Shown here: positions 1 to 7,625 of the stretch, piece by piece
How positions within the stretch are numbered: position 1 is the first letter of the stretch
Layout of the letters: the number at the start of each line of letters is the position of its first letter
Source of the DNA: Bdellovibrionota bacterium
GTDB lineage: Bacteria > Bdellovibrionota_C > UBA2361 > JBGSMV01
Length of the DNA stretch: 36,805 bases
Direction: 5' to 3'
NCBI GenBank assembly: GCA_044356455.1
Contig: JBIKWF010000034.1
Location: forward strand, 1 to 36,805
Program-made: the position numbers and the translations under genes
Notes under the pieces: model-generated
The model's input: only the letters and a program-made list of their open reading frames with translations
Databases searched by the model: none
What the model was told of the DNA's origin: nothing

Positions 1-5
1 CGTCT

Positions 6-1040
6 ATGAGTAGTATCGCTGCCGTAAGTACGGCCCTCCCCAAATTCCGCTTTACCAGAGAACAAATTACGGAAGAGGCCAAGCGCTGGCTTTCTGCTAA
101 GCCCCAAGAGTCCAAGGTCTTTGAACGTTTCCTCAGTGCAGTAAAAATTGACTCGCGCTCATTTGTCATGCCGCTTGACGCCATCGTCGCGCTTGGAGGC
201 ATGTCCCAAAGAGCCGAAGTATTCGAACGCGAGGGCCTACCTCTTGGACAGGCCGCGGTAACCTCCGTGCTTTCAGCCGCCGACATAAAGCCTAAAGATA
301 TCGATGCGATTATCTTTACTTCCTGCACCGGCTCTCTCATTCCTACTCTTGATACTCACCTCATCAATACCCTGGGGTTTAATCCCTCGGTTCTGCGTGT
401 CCCCATTTACCAGTATGGCTGTGCCGGAGGCGCCTCAGGCCTTGCGCTTGCGCACGAGCTCTGTAAAGCGGGTAAACGGGTTCTACTAGCTTCAGTGGAA
501 ATCTGCTCGCTGGAGTTCCAACGAGGAGATGTAAGTGGCGGCAATCTTTTAGGCGCAGCACTCTTTTCTGATGGAGCCGCAGCGGTAATCATCACGCCCG
601 AGCAAAAGGGGGTTCAGGTAATCGACTCTACCTCTATCCTTATTCCCAACAGCCAACCCCTTATGGGTTATGACATGTGCGACGACGGTCCTCACCTAAG
701 GCTCCTCAAAGAGCTGCCTTCTGTGCTCGCTGCCGCCTCTCGCGAACATATTCCTCCTTTCCTCAAGAAACATGGACTCACTCCCAAAGACGTAACGTCT
801 TGGCTCTTCCATCCCGGCGGAGTCAAAATCCTTGAAGTTCTTGAAGAAGCCTTTGAGCTCAAGCGCTCGCAAGCGCAGTGGTCTTGGGACGTGCTCGCTC
901 AGTACGGCAATATGTCTTCAGCAACTGCATTGTTCGTGCTTGATGGGTACATGAAGGATGCTCCTCCCGGGTATGCCCTCATGCTTGGCGTCGGACCTGG
1001 CCTCTCCGTTCAACTTCTCCTTATGAAGAACAATCCTTAA
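6..1040 (+). CDS. Type III polyketide synthase (chalcone-synthase-like, BpsA/SrsA type)
   Basis: Cys-His-Asn triad motifs YGCAGG, FHPGG and YGNMSS; C-terminal GPGL; 344 aa. Confidence 0.93.
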   Translation: MSSIAAVSTALPKFRFTREQITEEAKRWLSAKPQESKVFERFLSAVKIDSRSFVMPLDAIVALGGMSQRAEVFEREGLPLGQAAVTSVLSAADIKPKDIDAIIFTSCTGSLIPTLDTHLINTLGFNPSVLRVPIYQYGCAGGASGLALAHELCKAGKRVLLASVEICSLEFQRGDVSGGNLLGAALFSDGAAAVIITPEQKGVQVIDSTSILIPNSQPLMGYDMCDDGPHLRLLKELPSVLAAASREHIPPFLKKHGLTPKDVTSWLFHPGGVKILEVLEEAFELKRSQAQWSWDVLAQYGNMSSATALFVLDGYMKDAPPGYALMLGVGPGLSVQLLLMKNNP

Positions 1041-1048
1041 TACGAACT

Positions 1049-1681
1049 ATGAACTCAGCCTCACCTTCAGCGCCGCTCTATCTCATTTACGCCATCCTTG
1101 TGCTGCTTACCGCGCTTCAGCGCTTGTGGGAGCTCTCCTGCGCGCGGCGTCACAAGGCCTCGCTGAAAGGAGTGAATCTGCAAGCCGGCGAGCCCGAGGG
1201 CGCCTACCTCCAGATGGTCCTCGTGCACGTTCTATGGTTCGTAGGACTCGTGATTGAACCCATCATTACGCATCGCACCCCACCGCTTTGGCTTGCATGC
1301 ACGGGGGCTGTGCTTTTGCTAAGTGGCCAAGCCATTAGAATTTGGGCTCTTCGGACGCTTGGAGTGAGATGGAATACCCGAGTACTTGTCCCCTCCCAAG
1401 ACCATGCTGAACATTTCATTGTCGGGGCTGGACCCTATCGCTTGGTGCGTCATCCCAATTACGCAGCAGTCATCATTGAGATTATCGGACTCCCCTTAGT
1501 AGGCGGCGCATACTTTACTGCCGTTCTTGGTACGATTCTGAACGCACTTATTTTGAAAAGAAGAATCGCCTACGAAGAGCGAGCACTCTTTGCTTTACCT
1601 AATTACCGCGAGACCGTAGGCAAAAATCCACGCTTTTTTCCGAGGCTGAGCTCGCTTCGTGCGGTGATTTCAGGGGCGTAG
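1049..1681 (+). CDS. Isoprenylcysteine carboxyl methyltransferase family membrane protein (BpsB/SrsB-like)
   Basis: RLWEL, LGxRWNTRV, GPYRLVRHPNY and RIAYEE motifs; hydrophobic; 8 bp downstream of the PKS. Confidence 0.9.
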   Translation: MNSASPSAPLYLIYAILVLLTALQRLWELSCARRHKASLKGVNLQAGEPEGAYLQMVLVHVLWFVGLVIEPIITHRTPPLWLACTGAVLLLSGQAIRIWALRTLGVRWNTRVLVPSQDHAEHFIVGAGPYRLVRHPNYAAVIIEIIGLPLVGGAYFTAVLGTILNALILKRRIAYEERALFALPNYRETVGKNPRFFPRLSSLRAVISGA

Positions 1682-1823
1682 CTTGAACTTGGCAAAAGAG
1701 ACTTTTCTCGTCTCGTTCTTCTCGACGTGCTTTTGCTTATTTTCTGCTCGCTGCGACGAACCTAGCTGCGGAAAGAATTCCTATCGAGGTCCTATAAGCC
1801 ATCCACAGCCAGCTTCCAGCACC

Positions 1824-2144
1824 TTAGGTCTTCTTTCGGCTTTTTGCTTTGCTCTCCCAGAAATTCCGAATCACTGGCAATGAAAGAGTTGAAAGCAAAA
1901 AGCCAGAAGTGGGAACAAGTGCATCGAGATAAGGGCGCGCGGAGCCGAGCACTACAAAAATGAGAATCATAGTTACGTAGGTAACCGAGGTAACTCCTAG
2001 CATACGGATCCTACTGGTTTCCCACGCTTTATTGAGCTCTACTCTTTCGTTCCTCACGGATATCTTACGGAGCTCCTCTTCAATATGAGCGAGGCGAACT
2101 TCAAGTTCTGAAGCCTGGGGGGAGGACAATGTGGATGACTGCAT
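1824..2144 (-). CDS. Small hypothetical membrane protein
   Basis: Coiled-coil N-terminus (RNERVELNKAWETS) followed by two hydrophobic segments. Confidence 0.7.
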   Translation of the reverse strand: MQSSTLSSPQASELEVRLAHIEEELRKISVRNERVELNKAWETSRIRMLGVTSVTYVTMILIFVVLGSARPYLDALVPTSGFLLSTLSLPVIRNFWESKAKSRKKT

Positions 2145-2280
2145 AGAGAAGCCCCATAATTACAAATTCAAGCGCTCCGTTTCTTGATGGTACTGCCTTT
2201 CAACAACACGATAAAGGCATCGATAGCGCCGTGATGGGTGCGCGTCTTTAAGAATGACACCTATTCATTTCGCACAATTC

Positions 2281-3492
2281 CTAGTCATCAACCCTTGCTG
2301 CCAAAGTTAGAATTTCAGTAATACCCGTTTGCCAGGGAAGTATTTCTACATTGTGGATCTTCATTGGGCGCGCCGCTCGCGAGATGCAAAAAAGTCTTGC
2401 ATGCTCGTTCTCGCGCGCAAATTCCTGGAGTTCGACCAGGTCACGCTCTTCGATTATTTCCTTTGATTTCACTTCAATCGCAATGGGAGGCTTGTGGAGA
2501 CCCCGATCGATAATGAGGTCGACTTCTACTCCCGCCGCAGTTCGCCAACTATAGAAGGCGCGCTGGGTCTTTAGATAACTCCGCTGTCTGAAGAATTCAG
2601 TGATCACAAAATTCTCAAAGAGCGCACCATACCTCCGAGTCCCTGCGCGCACCTCTGCGAGCTGCTCGCCCAAAATTGCGTTTAGGACCCCGCAATCAAA
2701 GAAGAAAAAGCGCGGCATCTGCTGGAGCTGCGCGCGTACCGAACGATTCCATGCAGGAAGCTCAAAGGCGAGGAGCGTATCCACCAAGATAGAAAAGTAG
2801 TCTCGAACAGTCTGATCAGAAATTCCCACCTCCCTACCAATTGCCGAGAATTTTATCTGCTTTCCATTCATTTGAGCCGCCACCGAAAGAAAGCGGTGAA
2901 AAGGTTCTAGTTTTCTTACAAGTCGCTCTCCTTGGATCTCTTCTTTCAAATAGGTCTCAACATAGCTGGAGAGGAGGCCTGATGTCCCAACGCTGTCGAG
3001 ATAGAAACGCGGGAGAGTCCCATACTGGAGAGCACGCTCCAGATGGATCTCAAGTTCCAAAGCGGAAATGGGGTGAAGCTCTAGCGATAGTGCTCGCCCT
3101 GCGAGAAGATTGGCTCCTCCCCTTTTGAGTTTTCGAGCGCTCGACCCAGTCAGAATGAACTGTATCCGCTTGGGAGCCTCCTCAAGTAGCGCATGAACTT
3201 CATCAAGGAGCTCAGGCATTTTTTGAACTTCGTCGACTAGCACGACGACTGGCTCCGGCCCCAGTGATAACTGATACAGGACATCACTCTTAAAGAGGCC
3301 CGGATTGGTGCGATAACGAGCTTGGTTTGCGAGACTAAGCAGGTCAATGTCGAGTGTTCTGGCTCCATCCTCACGGCGCCCCTGCAGGTAGTCCTTTGAG
3401 AGCTTGGACTTGCCGGTACCCCTAGGACCAAAAAGAAACGTAGATAGACCACCCGCCAGAGAGTCGATTAAACTAAGTTTTCTCGATATCAT
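2281..3492 (-). CDS. AAA+ ATPase with C-terminal PD-(D/E)XK-like domain (AAA_14/DUF4143 type)
   Basis: Walker A GPRGTGKS, Walker B VDEVQK, LTGSS, LAGRA, GALFENFV, EVDL...IEVK; start placed at ATG 3492 because a -10 box sits directly upstream. Confidence 0.88.
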   Translation of the reverse strand: MISRKLSLIDSLAGGLSTFLFGPRGTGKSKLSKDYLQGRREDGARTLDIDLLSLANQARYRTNPGLFKSDVLYQLSLGPEPVVVLVDEVQKMPELLDEVHALLEEAPKRIQFILTGSSARKLKRGGANLLAGRALSLELHPISALELEIHLERALQYGTLPRFYLDSVGTSGLLSSYVETYLKEEIQGERLVRKLEPFHRFLSVAAQMNGKQIKFSAIGREVGISDQTVRDYFSILVDTLLAFELPAWNRSVRAQLQQMPRFFFFDCGVLNAILGEQLAEVRAGTRRYGALFENFVITEFFRQRSYLKTQRAFYSWRTAAGVEVDLIIDRGLHKPPIAIEVKSKEIIEERDLVELQEFARENEHARLFCISRAARPMKIHNVEILPWQTGITEILTLAARVDD

Positions 3493-3527
3493 AAGTCGAA
3501 TTATAGTCGTTTTCTCGACTTTGGCAA
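3493..3527 (-). promoter_or_regulatory. Sigma70-type promoter for a probably leaderless ATPase mRNA, with overlapping inverted repeat
   Basis: Minus strand TTGCCA-16nt-TATAAT-7nt-ATG; inverted repeat AAGTCGA (3493-3499) / TCGACTT (3515-3521). Confidence 0.6.
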
Positions 3528-4278
3528 GCGTAACTACCTGAAACAAGGTAAGTCAAAGTTTTGCCGCTGTTAAAACCATCCCTCAAGATATCGAGCCACT
3601 TGAACACACCCAATAGAGACTCCCAAACCCCATCTCGGACAGACCCCTAAGCAGCGCACTCGTGCTATATTCCTTAGACACTATGCAACCACCCGCGCGA
3701 CAACAATTACCCTCCCTCAGATCCAGCGTTTGGCAGGGGAGGTCCGCATCCCAACTCGAGAAATAGAGCTGCTCTATTCTGGGTTAGAAACTACGCCACA
3801 AGAATGCGCGCGAGGGTTCTGCGCCCTCGCCTCCATTGTCGGCAGACTTTGCCCTCGCGATCAGATTACTTTTCCCGGAAGTTTGGCGCGAGTTCTCCGA
3901 TGGCCGTATCTCCGATTATGGAAGGTTTTTCGGCGGTGGTTAAGACGCGCCTTGGCGACCCACAATTTGATATCTTAAAAGACACCCTTGAGCGGCGAGA
4001 GCCAATTCACCTCACTCTTGAACTGGTAAAGATTATTCCGCCTCGTAGTCGGCTCTCCTTTAATTAGGGAGCCTTAAGGAAACGAAAGTTTCACCCGCTC
4101 TTTGTGTTATTCGGCGTATTGGTAAAGTGGAACTATCAAAAACATTCAAGGCTTTCTGGTAGGCCTATGGCAGGACAATTGGTGCAATAATAAGCGCTCG
4201 CTTGACCTGCACTACGTTTGTTCGACCAGCAATCCAGGCAGCAAACCAGAAAGGACGAGAATCCATCGCCGGGGAGAG

Positions 4279-5109
4279 TTAAAAGTGCCTCTGAAGTTTC
4301 GCCTTCAATGCCCGTGCCCGCTCAGGGCTTTTTGACACCTTAAGACTGCAGCGCCCCTTTAGCTTAAACAGATTGGAGAAGAGCTCAATATCGAGCTGCT
4401 CTATCGCCTGGATGGAATCAAAAAAGAACTTAAACTGCCTCGCGATTAAAGGGGGAAAGTTAACTTCAATTATGTAAGGCCCCCCAACCCAGAGCGCATA
4501 GCCCTCACGCGGCAGGTCGTGATTGACGGAGCAGGTGGAGTGAAACCCATCAATCTCAATCAAGCGCTTTCCATAACGGTCGAGAAACGTATCGTTCCCA
4601 TACAGCATGAAAAGCTCAAGCCCTCGGCTCGTCAACCCCTCCATAACCCTTTGCTCAGTGTCTGGCATACCAATCGAGTACCAAGGGTGCGAATTAAACG
4701 CGTACAGTTTTTTTGATTTCGTTTTCTCGCCTAATTCAACCAAGACGTCAGTCCATAGCGGGTCGAGCTGCAACAATGAACCAGCTTTGAACTCGCGAGC
4801 GAGCGCAGCACCTTCTGGAAACTTCGTTGCCTGACTTTGGCCCGTGAAATAGTTCTTCTTAAGCAGATCTGAGAACCGCATGGTGTGGCTAACCCAAATG
4901 CGATTGAGGCTCAGCATTCCCGATTCCCGCACGAGCACCTGCGCCGTGAGCAGCAGCGCTACCGTGCGGTACAAATTCTGCGGAGAAACCTTGACCTGGT
5001 ACTCTGAAACAATCCGCTCCTTAAGCTGGTGCATCGAGAGCGGATGCTCCCGGCCAAGAAGCTCGATAATTGCGCTTTGAATGGGATGAAGGGGGTCAAG
5101 TACAGCCAT
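4279..5109 (-). CDS. Hypothetical protein with N-terminal winged-helix-like domain
   Basis: IIELL...LSMHQLKERI...VSPQNLYRTVALL...VLVR pattern resembles a wHTH; 276 aa intact ORF. Confidence 0.6.
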   Translation of the reverse strand: MAVLDPLHPIQSAIIELLGREHPLSMHQLKERIVSEYQVKVSPQNLYRTVALLLTAQVLVRESGMLSLNRIWVSHTMRFSDLLKKNYFTGQSQATKFPEGAALAREFKAGSLLQLDPLWTDVLVELGEKTKSKKLYAFNSHPWYSIGMPDTEQRVMEGLTSRGLELFMLYGNDTFLDRYGKRLIEIDGFHSTCSVNHDLPREGYALWVGGPYIIEVNFPPLIARQFKFFFDSIQAIEQLDIELFSNLFKLKGRCSLKVSKSPERARALKAKLQRHF

Positions 5110-5230
5110 GCTGCCATTTTGCCTAATTCTTATATTTTAAGAAATCCACCATTTTTCTTAATAAATTTGATTAGCCCCAGGGCGCGCGTATAGTCATGGT
5201 AAGGACAACAGCGCTTGGAGGCTCTCCAGT

Positions 5231-6364
5231 ATGATACGCGTAATTCTAAAATCTTTGCTTCTCTCGGCGACGGTAGCCAGCTACCTGAGCGTGCTGCCAG
5301 CGAAGGCAAACGATACACTTCTGAAACCCCGAATCGGATTTACTACCTCGCTCACGGGCGACGGCGCTATTTCCGGGAACGAGATGAGAAATGCAGCGCT
5401 CTTAGCAAACGAGATACTTGCCAAGAATACCTTCGATATAATCTTTGAAGACGAGCGCTGCTTAGGAGCGCCTGCTGCTGCAGCTGCTATGAAGCTCACC
5501 ACTATCGATAAGATAGATTACGCGATGGGCTTTTTTTGCAACGTTTCGCTGCTCACCGCGGCTCCGATCTATGTCAAAGCGAAGGTGCCTCTCATAAGCA
5601 CGTGCGCTACCACCATGGATACGCCCGAGGTGGGAGAGCGGGTCTACCGTCTCTTTCCCGCCGACCAACAATCTATTCCCGTGCTGTACAAGCACGTCGC
5701 AACAAAGGCCCAGCATGTAGGTATCTTGGCCGAGGAAGACGCCTATGCACAGATGTTGAGCAGAGAATTTGAGCGTGTGAATGCCGCGGCCGCTGCGCCT
5801 CTTAAACTAACTACTGAGGACTATCCCTTTGAAAGCGTCGATTTCCGGGCCCTGATATTGAGGATGAAATCAAAGGGCATCGACACGCTATTTATTGACA
5901 GCGCAACCGAGTCCACATTCATTCGCATCGTGCGGCAAATGCGAGAACTCGGCTTCGCGCCACAAATTGTGGGGGTGTACACACCCGTTTCAGAAATCGC
6001 ACGGAAAGAGCTAGGCCAGCTCCTTGAGGGTGCAGTAGCAGTCACGTTGCCAGATTTTGAAGCCCGCACGAAAAACCCCCTGGGACGTGAGCTGATGCGG
6101 GAATATGTCCGGCGATTTGGCACTCCTCAGTCAGCGTTCCCAGTCGTACTCACCACATTTGAGGCCATGCGTCTCGTGACGCTGGCGCATGAGACGAGAC
6201 GACCCATTCAAGAAGTGGTGCGGGACCCGGCGATCCTTGAGAAAAGCCTTATCGGAGAATATGAGTTCGATCGCAACGGAGCAGTGAGCCGGATTGAATT
6301 CGAGCTCAGAGTAGTTAAAGGAGGTAGGGTTGTGAAGCTTCCCGAGATAAAACTGGAGCGCTAA
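5231..6364 (+). CDS. Periplasmic substrate-binding protein, LivJ/LivK (type I PBP) family
   Basis: Signal peptide; IGFTTSLTGDGAISG, FEDERC and DFRALI motifs. Confidence 0.88.
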   Translation: MIRVILKSLLLSATVASYLSVLPAKANDTLLKPRIGFTTSLTGDGAISGNEMRNAALLANEILAKNTFDIIFEDERCLGAPAAAAAMKLTTIDKIDYAMGFFCNVSLLTAAPIYVKAKVPLISTCATTMDTPEVGERVYRLFPADQQSIPVLYKHVATKAQHVGILAEEDAYAQMLSREFERVNAAAAAPLKLTTEDYPFESVDFRALILRMKSKGIDTLFIDSATESTFIRIVRQMRELGFAPQIVGVYTPVSEIARKELGQLLEGAVAVTLPDFEARTKNPLGRELMREYVRRFGTPQSAFPVVLTTFEAMRLVTLAHETRRPIQEVVRDPAILEKSLIGEYEFDRNGAVSRIEFELRVVKGGRVVKLPEIKLER

Positions 6365-6579
6365 GGGCAGTCCCGTCACCAGACCTTCCAGGAACACTCA
6401 GAGATAAAAGTAAGCCCAGAAACCAATCGCTCTCTGTCGGCGGTCGACGCGGAGCTAAACGCATGGATCGCAAACCCGCACGTCCTCTCGCGTGACCCGT
6501 ATCAACTTGCCTAAGATATAAATTAAACGGGGGCGAAAGCCCCCCCCAGTGAAGGATGTAAATCGCGGCACCTTTAGGT

Positions 6580-6992
6580 TGCCCGTACTGACACATAGGT
6601 GACAAATAGTTCCGGACACATAGGTTACACTTTGCCCCACTTTTGGGGAGGGAGCTTATGGGATGGAAGGAATGCTCTATGGTGGATGAAAGAATGAAGT
6701 TTGTAGCTCGGCTTCTGGAGGGGGAGGCTATGACAAGCCTCTGCGAGGAGTTCGGGGTATCAAGAAAGACCGGATATAGGATTTTTAATCGTTCAAGGAC
6801 GCCCTCTCGCTGCTCAAGCATTCGGAATTCGACAGGTTGATGATGAATCCTGGCTCGTTACCTTTATGGACTATGACCTAGGATATTTTGATACTGATAG
6901 TAAAACTTTTGAAGCGCTGCCTAACCCCTTCGGTGCTAAAGTGCTACCTATGTCTTACTAACTATCTGTTACCTATGTGTCCGGTACGGATA
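6580..6992 (+). mobile_element. Internally deleted IS481-family element (413 bp), non-autonomous
   Basis: Imperfect TIRs TGCCCGTACTGACACATAGGTGACA / revcomp TATCCGTACCGGACACATAGGTAACA with subterminal repeats; AGGT duplicated at 6576-6579 and 6993-6996; transposase N- and C-terminal fragments inside. Confidence 0.88.
6658..6961 (+). pseudogene. IS481 transposase remnant (N-terminal HTH joined out of frame to the C-terminal tail; catalytic core missing)
   Basis: MGWKECSMVDERMKFVARLLEGEAMTSLCEEFGVSRKTGY, then in another frame GIRQVDDESWLVTFMDYDLGYFD...NPFGAKVLPMSY*. Confidence 0.88.
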
Positions 6993-7279
6993 AGGTGACT
7001 GATGGCGGAGCTGACCGGACAACACTCGCCCACTAGCGGTTCAACCTTCAGATTTCACAAATTTAAATTTAGCGGGGGCGAAAGCCCCCCCGGTGAAGGA
7101 TGTAAATCGCGGCACCTTTAGGTGACGGATGGCGGAGCCGACGGGACTTGAACCCTGCAAGGAAGAAATGCTCGCCAGCTCGCGTTTCTATCTTCCCATT
7201 ACGTGCTCTATGTTTGCCCGCTACGCTACGCAAACCCGCACGTCCTCTCGCGTGACCCGTATCAACTTGCCTAAGATAT

Positions 7280-7306
7280 AAATTAAACGGGGGCGAAAGC
7301 CCCCCC
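7280..7306 (-). terminator. Intrinsic terminator downstream of tRNA-Asp (repeated in each array unit)
   Basis: Minus strand GGGGGC-TTTC-GCCCCC followed by GTTTAATTT. Confidence 0.65.
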
Positions 7307-7344
7307 AGTGAAGGATGTAAATCGCGGCACCTTTAGGTGACGGA

Positions 7345-7421
7345 TGGCGGAGCCGACGGGACTTGAACCCGCGACCTCTCGCGTGACAGGCGAGCGTTCT
7401 AGCCAGCTGAACTACGACTCC
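7345..7421 (-). tRNA. tRNA-Asp(GTC), CCA encoded
   Basis: Revcomp GGAGTCGTAGTTCAGCTGGCTAGAACGCTCGCCTGTCACGCGAGAGGTCGCGGGTTCAAGTCCCGTCGGCTCCGCCA folds as a cloverleaf with anticodon GTC. Confidence 0.97.
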
Positions 7422-7625
7422 GCAACTAACAGATAAGCCCTACGGCAAAAAAGCTATTCTGACCGAGCTGATCTGTTAACTACGCAGTGAGGCCGGAAAG
7501 GTATAGTAATCTTGGCAGCATAGCAAGACTTCCCGACCAAAGAGACGGTTTGATCCAGACTTTCACCAAGTGCTATAAGTCCCTTATATCGTGAAATAAT
7601 CTTGGGTTCAGGGAGGCCCTTCACT

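Larger units (their letters stand above)
6469..7370. repeat. Three-unit array of tRNA-Asp 3' end + tail + terminator
   Basis: 6469-6579 nearly identical to 7229-7338; GGGGGCGAAAGCCCCC...AAGGATGTAAATCGCGGCACCTTTAGGT occurs three times; tRNA 3'-end copies at 7130-7155 (exact) and 7003-7020 (2 mismatches). Confidence 0.92.

Noticed and set aside
3683..4067. Frameshifted gene from overlapping short ORFs 3730-3978 and 3804-4067
   Set aside because: No recognisable family, and joining them to the ATG at 3683 would need two frameshifts; cannot be supported without a homology search.
6469..7370. CRISPR-like array or additional functional tRNAs
   Set aside because: The repeats are tRNA-tail derived with irregular spacing, and the copies lack the 5' half of the tRNA.
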